Assembly: GCA_030390025.1 (NCBI GenBank)
Contig: CM059432.1
Span: forward strand, 106,456,001-106,520,000
From: Squalus acanthias
Taxonomy: Eukaryota
Direction of reading: 5' to 3'
DNA: 64,000 bases
Made by a program: the position numbers and the translations under genes. Under the pieces are notes generated by a model. That model made no database searches. It saw nothing but the letters and a program-made list of their open reading frames with translations, and was not told the DNA's origin. Of the stretch, positions 12,595-24,897 are shown one piece after another; the first letter of the stretch is position 1, and each line of letters begins with the position of its first letter.

Positions 12595-13935
12595 AATCCT
12601 GACATCAGTCATCTGGAAAATGCTAGAATCCATTATTACGGAAGTGGTAACAGGGCACTTAAATGATAATATGATTAGGCAGAGTCAACATGGTTTTATG
12701 AAAGGAAGATCGTGTTTAACAAATTCATTACAGTTTTTTGAGGATGTAACTAGCAGGGTAGATAAAGGGGAACCAGTGGATGTAGTATATTTGGATTTCC
12801 TAAAGGCATTCGATAAGGTGCCACATAAAAGGTTGCTACGCAAGATAAGGGCTCATAGGGTTGGGGGTAATATATTAGCATGGATAGAGGATTGATTAAC
12901 AGACAGAAAACAGAGTAGGGATACATGGGTCATTTTCTGGTTGGCAGCCTGTAACTAGTGGGGTGCCGCAAGGATCCGTTCTTAGGCCTCAGCTATTTAC
13001 AATCTATATCATTGACTTGGATGAAGGGACCAAGTGTAATGTATCCAAGTTTGCTGATGATACAAAGCTAGGTGGGAAAGTAAGCTGTGAGGAGGACACA
13101 AAGGGCCTGCAAAGAGATATAGACAGGTTAAGTGAGTGGGCAAAAACCTGGCAGAGGGAGTATAATGTGAGGTTATTCACTTTGGTAGGAAGAATAGAAA
13201 AACAGAATATTTTGTAAATGGTGAGAAACTATTAAATGTTGGCGTTCAGAGAGATTTCGGTGTCCTCGTAAGGGAAACAGATTTAGCAGGTACATCAAGC
13301 AATTAGGAAGGCAAATGGCATGTTGACCTTTATTGCAAGGGGGTTGGAGTACAAAAGTAAGGAAGCCTTGCTACAGTTGTACAGGGCTTTGGTGATACCA
13401 CACCTTGAGTACTGTGCACAGTTTTGGTCTCCTTATCTTGAGGAAGGATATACTTACCTTTGAGGCAGTGCAGCGAAGGTTCACTAGATTGATTCCTGGG
13501 ATAAGAAGGTTGTTCTATGAGGAGAGATCGAGTAGATTGGGCCTATACTCTGTGGAGTTTAGAAGAATGAGAGATGGTCTCATTGAAACATATAATATTC
13601 TGAGAGGCTTTTTCCCCTGGCTGGACAGTCTAGAACTAGGGGGCATAGTCTCAGGATAAGGGGTCAGCCATTTGAGACTGAGATGAGGAGGAATTTCTTC
13701 ACTCAGAGGGTTGTGAATCTTTGGAATTCTCTACCCCAAAGGGCTGTGGATGCTGACTTGTTGAGTATATTTAAGGCTGAGATATAGATTTTTGGACTCT
13801 AGAGCGTATCAAGGGATGTGGAGATTGGGCGGGAAAGTGGAGTTGAGGTCGAACATCAGCCATGATCTTATTGAATGGCGGAGCAGGCTCGCGGGGCTGC
13901 ATGGCCTACTCCTGCTCCTAATTCTTATGTTTTTA
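12595..13935 (+). mobile_element. CR1/HER1-type LINE, 5'-truncated
   Basis: Frames with YLDFLKAFDKV, PQGSVL, KFADD; tail ggcctactcctgctcctaattcttatg. Confidence 0.92.
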
Positions 13936-14949
13936 TCCTAGATTTGTAACCGTGAAGTATGTAAGGAACTGCCTTAGCAAGAGTGCCTTTACGCCATTAT
14001 TTGTATAGAATCTGGAATTTGCAGTTTATTTTGTTTGCCTTATTCAATAGGGAGTAAAAGGATGTGAAAAATGTTCTATTGCAGCATTTTCAGGAACAAA
14101 AATGTTTTAACCAACATGCACTTTTGTACAGTACAAAAGGAAATGTAAAACATCCGAATATTTTTAAACCATCTGACAGTATAGAAAGTGTGAAGGTTCT
14201 GAAGAACCTGAGCTTTTTCTAAATACTTCTGTGGTAAAATGCACCATCGCATGAATCTTTATCATGGGCCACTATGCTGTGCTATGGTGTGTCATGATAT
14301 TAGCTAGCATCTGTGTTTCCCCACCTTGGGTTCAGCTTTTAGTTTTCTTCAGACATGTTAAAATTTCCTGCCTTCATCCAACACATTTATGTACCATTCC
14401 CTCCCAAAATATCAAACACCGCAATTAAATACACTTCAGAATTCTCAACAGGATTTCCTCAACAAATTTTCATTGCCTGACACATTAATTTCAGCCATTT
14501 TAGTTTTTGTTTCCACCTTTACTGTAGTTGTTGCAAATTTATCCATGAATACCCTGGTTATAAAACACTGTAGCCTTTGATCCCTCAGTGGTTGAATACA
14601 CCATGTGGTATTGAGCTTTACAGATACCGGAGGCCTCTGGTTCAATCTATAGTCTGTGCTGAGCTAGCTAACCACAGCTGGGATAGTGATTAGATGCTAA
14701 AAATGGCCTCATGTCACTGAGCAAGGGAGAGGAAAAATCACTGGGCCTCTTGCTTATGGTGTTTGCTTGCTTGTTGCCCGATGACCCTGTCTGAAAAGTG
14801 CACTTGTGTATACGTGGGTTGAAGACGAGGTCAGGCTCGGCTGTGATAGCTGCTGCAGTGAAATAACCTTCATTGTTTAGGTTTGTGCATAACTGGCCAT
14901 TTGGGCAAGGTACCAGGGGGCTGCCGGTGCCTGTGAAACTAAACCAAAA

Positions 14950-15290
14950 ACTTGTATTTATATAGTCGTTTAATGCATCTCTCAAATGTCCCAAAGCACT
15001 TCACATACAATGAATCACTTTGAGAGTGTCTGTTATGCAGACAAAAGTGACAACCAATTTGTGCATGGCAAGATCTCACTAACGGATGAGATGAATGACC
15101 CAATGAAACTGTTTTTTGTGGTGTTGGTTAAGGGAAGTATGTTGGCCAGGATATTGGGAGAGCTGATCTTTAAATGGTGCCGCGAGATATTTAATATCCA
15201 TCTGAACTGAAGGACAGCACCTTCATCAATGCTGCACTCTGACAGTGCTGTGTTTGGAATGTCAACCTAAATTCTGTGCCAAGTTCCTAG
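14950..15290 (-). mobile_element. Degenerate SacSINE1-like SINE
   Basis: Recognisably similar to 7128-7461 (tgtcccaaagcacttcaca, tgttggccaggata, gacagcacct). Confidence 0.55.
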
Positions 15291-15537
15291 AACATATGCT
15301 AATGCCTGCACAAGGTGGGAGGAAATGGGAATGATAGTGGAGGAAGTGAGGAGAAATGAAAGATTCCAGTCATACTTTAGGGCTGAAGTAGAAGTTTTGT
15401 TGACTTAAAAATTAGCTGTAAGTTGCCGACATTTAACCCGACTGAGAGCAAATCAACAATGCATCTGACGTCTCTTTCGAGCAGGAGATTTGTTTTTCAC
15501 AATGGGGGCAGCATCTCTTTTTTTGAGCTGTAGTATA

Positions 15538-15985
15538 ATGACGACAACTTGCATTTATATAGCACCTTTAACATAGTAAAATGTCCTAAAGCACTTCACA
15601 GGAGCGAGTATCATACAAATAATTGACACCGAGCCACATGAGATATTGGGACAGGTGACAAAAAGCATGGTTAAAGAGGTAGGTTTTAAGGAGCATCTTG
15701 AAGGAGGAGAGAGAGGCGGAGAGGTTCAGGGAGGGAATTTCAGAGCTTGGGGCCTAGGCAGCTGAAGGCACGGCCACCAATAGTGGAATGAAGAGAATTG
15801 GGGATGCGTAAGAGGCCAGAATTGGAGAAGTGTAGCGATCTCGTCGGGCTGGAGGAGGTTACAGAGATGGGGAGGGACGAGGCCATGGAAGGATCTGAAC
15901 ATGAGGATGAGAATTTTAAAATCGAGGCATTGCTGGACCGGGAGCCAGTTCAGGTCAGTGAGAACTGTAGTGATGGGTGAACATA
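15538..15985 (-). mobile_element. L2-type LINE 3' fragment
   Basis: Frame SPITTVLTDLNWLPVQQCLDFKIL; tail ...tataaatgcaagttgt on the minus strand; same family as 36175-37030 and 42160-43160. Confidence 0.8.
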
Positions 15986-17269
15986 ACATAATGGGCCAGG
16001 AAGCGATGGTGGGTGGTCAGCAGTTTGTTGGGAATAGGATCGTGGGAGCAGGAAGTGGGTCTCATGGACAAGATAACCTCAGAGTACATTAGGGGAGATG
16101 GGAGAGAAACTAGAGTGAGATGTGAGTGGGCATGAAGTTTGTGTTCATTGCATAATTAATGTTGAAGTCAATTTGTAAATAACCTTCAAATCAAAGGGCA
16201 TTTCAATCCCTCCTTCAGGCTTTCTTGAGGTTTTGTAAAATGTGGGATAAAGAAGTGCTTAAATAGAATGGAGTGAATATAATGTGTTCATTGTAGAAAT
16301 GTCATTATACAGTGAATAATGAATGGCTGATTGTGTTGCAGTCTGTGAGACTCAAAGGGGATTGAATGATTCAGAAGTGCCATTTTGTATCTGTTTCTGG
16401 ATGGAGTTTGGACTTTTCTTTTTGCTGTTGCAAAGATGGATGAATTAATTCTTCCATTCGATTTTCTTTTCAAATTAGTTTACTTGACAACCGTCTAATT
16501 TACAAGCAAAAGATTTCTCGTGCTTTTATTTGCTGGGAGACTAGCAAACAAGATTTTTTTAATCAATTGATTAAGAAAATGAGCTGAAAACATCTATATT
16601 TTTCTTACCTGTTCAAAGGCCACTTAATTTAGAATTTACTGTAACCTTTTATCTCCATGGTACATCGTTTTACAAACAGCTGTTTGCAGCAATTGTTAAT
16701 TGGCTTTGTTGGATTGTTACAAATTGCAGAGTAACCGAAACTAATAACTCTCAATCATCCACCCCCTCAAATACCTTTCCGATTTTCCCTTAAATTATTC
16801 CTAATTTCTTTTTGTCTCCCAGGGCAGTCTGCTTCTATCTGTTGTTCTGGCCTTTTCTTTTGCTTCCTCACCCTCTGTGTATAAACAAGTTCAAGCTGAA
16901 CTGTCGATGGATCTTCACTCTTCTAAACCTGTATTGCCCAATTCTAATTTGTGGCAATCTCCAATATATTGCAGTTCAATTAAGGATCTTGAATAACCTC
17001 TCCCCTGAGCATTCTGTTCTCTTCGGATCTTCAACCTCTCCTCATCGTTTAGATGACTGAGGCTCGGTATCGGTTTGGTTGCTTTTTCTGCACTGACTCC
17101 AGTACCTGGATAATCTTGCTGTAGTCTGATAACCAGAATTGTACGTAAGACTTGACGTGCAGCCACACCATTGTTCTATACAGTCTCATTGTCACATCCT
17201 GAGATTTTCTCTCTCGAGCTGGCTTTTACTACTGTGTTGCTGGCTTCAGTGAGGCTGGCTTCAGCGAGC

Positions 17270-18110
17270 TACCCGCAAATCCCCATCCTGTGTTGTCTCC
17301 TGTAGCCTAGTCTAGAGCCATTAAGTTCATATTTCTTCCGAATCCTCATTACCATGTACTTTTCCACATTAAATGTAACTTGCTGCTCATCGGCCCACCG
17401 TTCCAACTTATCCAGATCACTTTTATATTTGGTTTGTTTCATCCCTATTGCCCCTGCCCCTCCCCCCACCATCTCTTAGCTTTGTTTCCTTCCTCTGCTC
17501 CGAATCATTTGTATGCACTATAAATGGCATCCTGCGAGCAACCCCATGCATATCATCACAGCTCCATTCACAACTACCCATTGTTTTGTCAAGGTTATCC
17601 AATTTTTAGTAAACCTCCTGAAGCTTGTTTATTTTATGCCATGCTACTTTGTGAACTATTAAAAGCCTTGCTGATATCGAAACTTCATCGCCACAGAATT
17701 TCTGTTGTCAACCAGCTCCATCAGTTCCTCAAGGAACTCCGGTAAATATGTTAAACAAGATTTCCTACCCATAAACCCATCCTGACTCCTGAGAACCATA
17801 CCAGACCAACCTTGGTGTTTTGTTATCCCCTCTTTAAGTATGCCTTCTAATATTGTACCTACACTGATTTTTGGGCTCAGTTACCTGTAGTTCCCTGATG
17901 CTGCTTTTCAAGATTGATGTTACATTCACTACTTTCCAATCCTTAAGCACTGCTTCCATTTCTAAAGCTGGTGACAAGGTCCTGACTGATTTTGTTCGCC
18001 ACTTTTATGTCCGCTTGTATGAAGTCCATCTGGGCCTGGTGGCTTGTCTTCCTTTAAATTCCTCAGCCTGTCATTTGTGCCCTATCTGATATTCATGTTT
18101 CTTTTTGGTG
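17270..18110 (-). mobile_element. Old degenerate CR1-like LINE fragment, the target of the LTR insertion; probably continues at 22398-22740
   Basis: Residual DLDKLERWADEQQVTFNVEK motif and other CR1 RT-like text on the minus strand. Confidence 0.6.
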
Positions 18111-18114
18111 GTAC

Positions 18115-18330
18115 TATGGCGGATCGCCACCTAAACGGGCGCAATCCACTTTTCCGTCAGTGGACAATAAATCGGGCACCTTGCCTTTAAGGCAGGAAAA
18201 AAGGAGTGGGCGGGGCCTCTGGGTTTTGGCAGAGAAATGTGGCTGCAGCCATTTTGAGCAGAGATGTGATTAAAAGCTAGGTGTTTCACATGTTGACTCG
18301 GCCTTAATTCGTGTTTCGCGGCAGCCAACA
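18115..18330 (+). repeat. 5' LTR (216 bp)
   Basis: Direct repeat of 22176-22393 with 6 substitutions and one 2-bp indel by manual comparison; starts TA (mutated TG), ends CA. Confidence 0.95.
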
Positions 18331-18331
18331 T

Positions 18332-18345
18332 TGGTGACCCCGACG
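18332..18345 (+). other. Primer binding site complementary to the tRNA-Trp 3' end
   Basis: TGGTGACCCCGACG one base after the 5' LTR; same as the first 14 nt of the tRNA-Trp PBS of avian sarcoma/leukosis viruses. Confidence 0.9.
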
Positions 18346-18370
18346 CTCAGAACGTATTCCGAGCACTGCA

Positions 18371-21300
18371 ATGGCGGATACGAACGCAGTTTCCGTGAAA
18401 CTGCCGGAGTTTTGGGAAAACCAGCCCGAAGCCTGGTTTCTCCAAGCTGAATCCCGCTTCCGGCTGCGAAACATCACCACAGATGGGACGCAGTACGACT
18501 ACCTCGTCACATCACTCGGTAGCTCCACAGTTACGAAGGTCTGGACAGCGCTGCAGAACCCGCCAGGGGAGGGCAAGTATGCACATCTTACGGCAGCGCT
18601 CCTTAAAAAATTTACGGCCTCGGCATACCAGCGAAACTGCCACCTCCTCGATGCCTCACCGTCAGACCTCCTCTCCCACATGCTCTCCCTCACCGACGAG
18701 AGCCCACCCGGATCCCTCTTCCGCACGCTGTTCATCCGCCAGCTACCTCTCGGCATCCGCCCAGCGATCATGGCGTCCGGCCTCACGGACCTGGAAGCCC
18801 TGGCCGATGAGGCCGACAAGCTGCTGTCCGCTCACTCCAGCCGCGACGTCACTCTGGACCTGGCAGCTACTGCCTGGGCGCGCCCCTCACCATCCAGCAC
18901 GCGGCCACAAGGCCCAGCCACCGGGCTCACGGGGCCTTCGCGCCCCACTAACCCGGGCCACTGTTACTACCACGCACGGTTCGGCGCCAGGGCACAACGG
19001 TGCACACCTCCCTGCTCTTTCAAGTCCGCCCCCGTACCGGCCCCCGCGATGGCCGTGGGCCACACGGGCTCCCTGCTGTACATCACGGATGACAAAACCG
19101 GCCGCCGGTTCCTGTGCGACACTGGAGCTCAGCACAGCATCATCCCGGCCTCCGCCCTTGACATCCAAAAGGGCAAACGAGGACCGGCGCTGGCTGCTGC
19201 TAACGGCTCGGACATCCAGACGTACGGCACCCGCGCACAGTCACCCTTGACCTCGCTGGTCGCCGCTACCGATGGGAGTTCATCACTGCCAAGGTGCTCT
19301 CCCCTCTCATCGGCGCAGATTTCCTGTGCGCCCACGGCCTACTGGTAGACATCCCTCGACACCGCCTCGTGGACATGAACACCTGGTCCCCCATCCTGGG
19401 CGCCCTGGCCCCCCGTCAACCCGCCGACATGGCGTCACAGTGCCACGCCTGGGCCACGGATGACTACTCGACACTCCTGGCCGAATTCCCGGCCCTTACC
19501 AATCCGACCTTCTCCGCGGAGGCCGCCAAACACGGGGTGGAACACTTCATCCCCACCACAGGCCCCCCAGTGTACGCCCACGCCCGCAGGCTGGACCCGG
19601 CCAAACTGGAGATCGCGCGGACCGAGTTTGCCACCATGGAACAGCTCGGCATCATCAGCCGCTCCAACAGTCCCTGGGCCTCCCCACTCCACATCGCCCC
19701 CAAACCAGGCGGGGGTTGGCGCCCCTGCGGGGATTAACGACGCCACCACCCCTGATCGGTACCCCGTGCCGCACATCCAGGACTTCTCGGCTAGACTGGC
19801 CGGCCGCTCAGTCTTTTCCAAGGTCGACCTGGTGCGCGGCTACCACCAAGTCCCCGTCCACCCCGCGGACGTCCCCAAGACGGCCGTAATCACCCCCCTT
19901 CGGCCTTTTCGAGTTCCTGCGGCTGCCCTTCGGCCTCAAAAACGCGGCCCAGGCATTCCAACGGCTCATGCACTCGGTCCTTCGGGACCTGAAGTTCCTG
20001 TTCGTCTACCTGGACGACATCCTGGTAGCCAGTTCCTCCAAGCAGGAACATCTCGAACACCTTCGCTTCCTGTTCGGGCGCCTCCGCGACCACGGGCTCA
20101 TCCTCAGCCCAGCCAAATGCCAGTTCGGCCTGGACAAGATCGACTTCCTCGGCCACCACATCACCCAAGCTGGGGCAATTCCACTGCCCACCAAGGTGCA
20201 GGCCGTCCAACAATTTCCCCGCCCCACCACCATCAAAGGCCTCCAGGAGTTCCTCGGGATGGTGAATTTCTACAACCGCTTCATCCCCAAAGCGGCGTCC
20301 CTCATGAGGCCCCTGTATGAAGCCCTCCGGGGCAGGAGCGGCAAGATGGCGGTCGAATGGACGGCAGACGCGTCAGCCGCCTTCGACTCCACCAAGACCG
20401 CGCTCGCCAACGCCACCCTGCTCGCGCACCCACGGCCCAATGCCAGGGTAGCGCTCACCACGGACGCCACCGACCACGCAGTCGGCGCCGTGTATGAGCA
20501 GTGGGTCGACGGCGCCTGGCAACCACTTGCCTTCTTCAGCCGCCAACTACGCCCCCCGGAGGTCAAGTACAGCACCTTCGACCGCGAGCTCCTCGCGCTG
20601 TTACTGGCGGTCCGCCATTTTCGGTTTTTGCTGGAGGGCCACCCCTTCACTGCGTTTGTCGACCACAAGCCCCTGACATTCACAATGGCAAAGACAGCCG
20701 ACTCCTGGTCCGCCAGGCAGCAGCGCCAGCTCGCGGCAGTGTCCGAGTTCACCACGAACATCCAACATGTCTCCGACCGAGACAATGTGGTAGCCGACTG
20801 CCTCTCCCGCCCCGCCATCCACGCCGCACACCTGGCAGTCGACTACGCTCAACTCGTCGCAGATCAGATCACCGACCCTGATCTGCTCTCCGCACCTACC
20901 AACCTACCAGGGCTACGCCTGGCCGACGTCGCCTGGGGCCCGACCGCAGTCACGGTCAAGTGCGACATATCCCTATGTCAACCTCGGCCCATCATCCCAG
21001 CGTCCTGGCGCCGCCGGGTATTCGAGATTCTTCACAACCTCTCCTACCCCGGCGCCCGCGCATCCATCAAATTGATAGCCATCCGCTTTGTCTGGCGCGG
21101 CCTTCGCAAGGATGTGCGTACTTGGGCCAACTCCTGCCTAGCCTGCCAATGGGCCAAGGTGCAGCAACACACGAAAGCACCCCTCGAGGAGTTTACCGTC
21201 CCTTCGCGTAGATTCGACCACATCCACGTGGACATCGTCGGGCCCCTGCCGCCGTCGCAAGGCCACACGCGCTTGCTGCCGATCGTTGACCGCACTACGC

Positions 21301-22155
21301 GCTGGCCCGAGGCAATTCCACTGACCTCTACCACCACCGCCGACATCGCCAGAGCCTTCGTCAGCACCTGGGTCGCACGGTTCGGCGTCCCCTCCGACAT
21401 GATGTCGGACAGAGGTCCGCAATTTACCTCTGAACTCTGGACCGCCGTCGCACGCAAACTCGGTGACCATTCACCGCACCACAGCGTACCGCCCCCAAGC
21501 CAACGGACTGTGTGAGCGGTTCCACAGATCCTTGAAGGCATCTCTTCGAGCCAGCCTCCAGGACGGCGCCTGGACCGACCGACTCCCGTGGGTCCTCCTC
21601 GGCCTGCGTACCGCGGTTAAAGAAGACCTCCACGCATCGGCAGCAGAGCTCGTGTACGGCCAGCCGCTGCGCGTACCCGGCGAGTTCCTGCCCACCGCCA
21701 CGACACCCTGGTCAGCCGACCAGCAACGCCACGACTTCGCCTCACCGGCGCTACAGTTCGCCCCGGTGCCCATTGCCCGACACGGCGAATCCACCTCACA
21801 CGTTCCACTAAGCCTGCACCAGGCACGGTTCGTTTTCGTCCGGCACGACGCCCACCGCGGACCCCTTCAACCCCCGTACGATGGGCCCTACAAGGTGCTA
21901 CAGGCTGGGGACAAATTTTTCACCCTCCAAGTGGGCGACAGGACCGAAAAAGTGTCGGTTGACCGACTCAAGCCAGCACACTCGGAGCCCGGTGAGCAGG
22001 TCCCGGTAGCTCGTCCACCGCCACGCGGCCGACCTGCCCTCAAGCCGGTTCACCCAGCTGCTCCACGCCCGGCCGTTCCACGTCCACCGGCGTCCTACAA
22101 GAGCCGCTCCGGCCGGCCCATCAGACCGCCGCACCGTCTCGTCCACACCTCCTAA
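18371..22155 (+). pseudogene. gag-pol of the Gypsy element, broken by four small indels
   Basis: Gag KLPEFW...AWFLQAE and CYYHARFGARAQRCTPPC; protease LCDTGA; RT WASPL, LPFGLKNA, YLDD; RNase H TTDA, YSTFDRELLA; integrase HVDIVGP, SDRGPQF, GLCERFH and GPY; frameshifts near 19234, 19734, 19895 and 21463. Confidence 0.92.
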
Positions 22156-22175
22156 GCGGATTCTGGGGGGAGCTG

Positions 22176-22393
22176 TGTGGCGGATCGCCACCTAAACGGG
22201 CGCAATCCACTTTTCCATCCGTGGACAATAAATCGGGCACCTTGCCTTTAAGGCAGGAAAAAAGGAGTGGGTGGGGCCTCTGGGTTTTGGCAGAGAAATG
22301 TGGCTGCAGCCATTTTGAGCAGAGATGTGATTAAAAGCTATGTGTTTCACATGTTGACTTGGCCTTAATTCGTGTTTCGCGGCAGCCACAACA
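22176..22393 (+). repeat. 3' LTR (218 bp)
   Basis: TG...CA ends, preceded by the polypurine tract at 22165-22172 and followed by TSD GTAC at 22394-22397. Confidence 0.95.
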
Positions 22394-22817
22394 GTACTTC
22401 CATTCCTTCCAGAAATTCATCTTGCATCCTGGGGAGATAGCCCACAGCCTCCTCTATAAAATAGGAAAGAAAAATTAATTTAGTATATTTATGTTTCCTT
22501 GGTCATTGAATATCATACTATCTCTGGGATCTTTCAGTGGCCCACCTCTGATTCCTTTTGTACTTGCTGTAGATCTATTTATTTAATATTCTCTGCTATT
22601 GTAATTTTAATTTCTCAATCTATTCCTGGTCAGCTGAAGTCACTCCTAATCTGCCAGAAAGGATGGATCAATTTGTGTTTCTAATCAGCAATTTCTTTCC
22701 TCTCTGCAATTTGTTTAGATACCTCTGGTGACTGCCCGAAGAAACTTGTAGTCCAGAATATTTTGGTGTTAAACTGTGGTTTTCGTCTTCATTAGATTAT
22801 TGCAATTGTGCTTTCAG

Positions 22818-22996
22818 GCTAAGGCTTCATGAGGAAAAGATTATCAAAGATCGGCGATATCATCTTAGAACCTATCCAAATTGTTTTGTGGCAAAAGAAT
22901 TAATCGATTGGCTTCTAGATCACAAAGATGCAGCTGACAGGGACACTGCAATCAAGTTAATGCAAAAACTATTGGACCATGGTGTCATCCATCATG
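22818..22996 (+). CDS. DEPTOR: DEPTOR coding exon 2 (first DEP domain)
   Basis: ttcag|G acceptor and G|gtaag donor; 179 bp encoding LRLHEEKIIKDRRYHLRTYPNCFVAKELIDWLLDHKDAADRDTAIKLMQKLLDHGVIHH, matching the vertebrate DEPTOR DEP1 domain as I recall it. Confidence 0.97.
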
Positions 22997-23392
22997 GTAA
23001 GTTCACATAAATATTAAACATTTCAAAAGACCATTTTTTTTTTAAAGTTTCAGTGGTGTACTTTCTCAAAACAGATGATTAGGTGTACAGTTGGTTAATG
23101 TGAGCCCAAATTTTACTCCATGCTATATTATTCCCTATCTTTCCTTTCATTTCCCAAGACATTTGCCATTCCAGGCAGGTAACCCCAACCTTCTGATGAT
23201 GATGATGATCTTGCTCCAGCTGCGAAGTGGTGGGTAGAGCAGGATTTACACTAAGATCAAGCAAAATGATAAGACTGGATACTTGCAGTGTGTGTTCAGA
23301 ACAGCCCTATGTCCGATCTGGTATGGTCTGTGAGGACACTGCATTGTCCCCACACTGCTCACTTTCCAATATGGAATTGTTCTAAACTTATA

Positions 23393-23730
23393 GGCCCGGA
23401 ATTTGCGGTCAGCAGCGAAGTAAAGGCGTTCGCCACTGGCCCCGAAGAAAGCGGGAGAAGTTTGTCTTTTTCGACGCGTAAGTGATTTCAGTGCAGTATA
23501 GTGGGGATCAACGTTCCCTCTAAGCTGTCTGCCGGTCCCGCGCAGCCCAGGACCGGCTTTTACAGTGTGAAATTTTGCGCATACGCGAAACTTTGAATGG
23601 GTCGTGCAGCCCGTTAAAGGGACCGTGCACCCAAATTTAAAGTTAGGGGAACATTGGTTGGGATTTTCAAAGGGGTAATAGCGGCGAATGCTGTTAGTTT
23701 GCCGTTATTACCCACTGCAAATTCCGGCCC
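23393..23730. mobile_element. Harbinger-type MITE
   Basis: TIRs GGCCCGGAATTTGC and GCAAATTCCGGCCC; 3-bp TSD ATA on both sides. Confidence 0.8.
23509..23656. mobile_element. 148-bp hAT MITE nested in the Harbinger-type MITE
   Basis: TIRs CAACGTTCCCTCTAA and TTAGGGGAACATTG; 8-bp TSD GTGGGGAT/GTTGGGAT; related partial copy at about 30645-30770. Confidence 0.8.
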
Positions 23731-24773
23731 ATATTACAATTTCTTTTTTTGACATGCACACCTCAAAGGTATGTGTCTGTGTGTTTATAATATATATTGT
23801 CTGCATGCAACACATTCCTGTCAAGGCTTAAACTTTAATTTTATTACACTTATCTATGTTGTCCCAGCTCCATCTCGAATGTACCCACCTGAGCCATGTG
23901 TTAATTTGGCCACTCACTGGTCCCTTCCTGCTGCTGACCCACCCCTGCATTGGGGGAAAAAAAATCCCGTTTGCCATATTCTGTTTCTCAACTGGCTTCA
24001 CATTGAGGTCCCAGCCATCATATTGATGGTCAGGGAATTACCAAGGAAGGCCATTTCTCAGCCTATGATTTAATAGGGGGAGGGTCATAGTAATTTTGGA
24101 CAGGCTATCTAGTTTATCAGTTATCGACACCCTCAATGTAATGAATAACAAACAAGTTATTCTAAAGTGGTATTTAGCTAAATATTGGTAATAGAAATAA
24201 GGAAATGATGCAAAAAATAAGTAACTGTTCATATTAAATGTAGTAGATGTCTCTGAATACACACTTCACTATTGCCTGCAAACAAACTTGTTTGCATGAG
24301 TTGAATTCTGTGAAGATGAGCTATACATGAACAGTAAGAGCATCCCGATTTTTTTCTTTAAACTGTTAAATGTGAGTTGTTCCAGTAGGGTTCTTGTTAC
24401 CCTACCCGCCAGCCCTTTGCAAGTTTCAACTGTTTGAAATTCAGTATTTCAGCATGGAAGAAGTAAACCTAGCTGAAGAATATCCATATATTGGTTTGCT
24501 TTCTAACTATTGTATAAATCATTCAAAAGTTGTCATTAATTCAGTGTTACTGTTGGTCAAATACGTGACCTGGCTGTGGTTAGTTTGAAAGCAGAGCTGA
24601 TAGGATTAAGTACAGAGTTGATAAAATAATCTCCTGTAAATTGTTGCTAGTGTGGTATTGTATTACATGTAACAAAACATTCCTGAAGCACCCTGAGCTT
24701 AATGTTCTCAAATTAGCTGATGCCGACCTTCCAAAATGTGTTAAACGTGAATTTTTCTGTGCTTTCTTTTTAG

Positions 24774-24897
24774 TTTGTGATGAGCATAAGGAATTTAAGG
24801 ATGCCAAACTTTTCTACCGCTTCAGAAAAGATGATGGCACTTTCCCATTGGATAGCGAAGTGAAGGTTTTCACAAGGGGCCAAAGGATGTATGAAAA
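24774..24897 (+). CDS. DEPTOR: DEPTOR coding exon 3
   Basis: tttttag| acceptor and |gtaggt donor; 124 bp encoding (V)CDEHKEFKDAKLFYRFRKDDGTFPLDSEVKVFTRGQRMYE(K); phase fits exons 2 and 4. Confidence 0.97.

Larger units (their letters stand above)
18115..22393 (+). mobile_element. Full-length Ty3/Gypsy LTR retrotransposon, CsRn1/Kabuki/Boudicca-like lineage
   Basis: LTRs 18115-18330 and 22176-22393; TSD GTAC; PBS TGGTGACCCCGACG (tRNA-Trp); PPT GGGGGGAG; gag with C-X2-H-X9-C-X3-C; PR-RT-RH-IN domain order. Confidence 0.96.

Noticed and set aside
14570..14940. Old SINE-like family with similar pieces near 27600-27905, 47990-48440 and 58520-58920
   Set aside because: Similarity is visible but too degenerate to fix boundaries or a family name without a search
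19225..19245. Programmed gag-pol ribosomal frameshift
   Set aside because: The break falls inside the protease domain at a CG dinucleotide repeat with no slippery heptamer; it is better explained as a 2-bp insertion
18483..22191. Many overlapping and antisense ORFs inside the Gypsy element
   Set aside because: Expected shadow ORFs of GC-rich coding DNA; no env-like or other recognisable domain
1..22817. DEPTOR exon 1 or promoter
   Set aside because: No segment encoding the expected N-terminal peptide (ending roughly EVLVTGEQLR) was found; exon 1 is presumably upstream of the window
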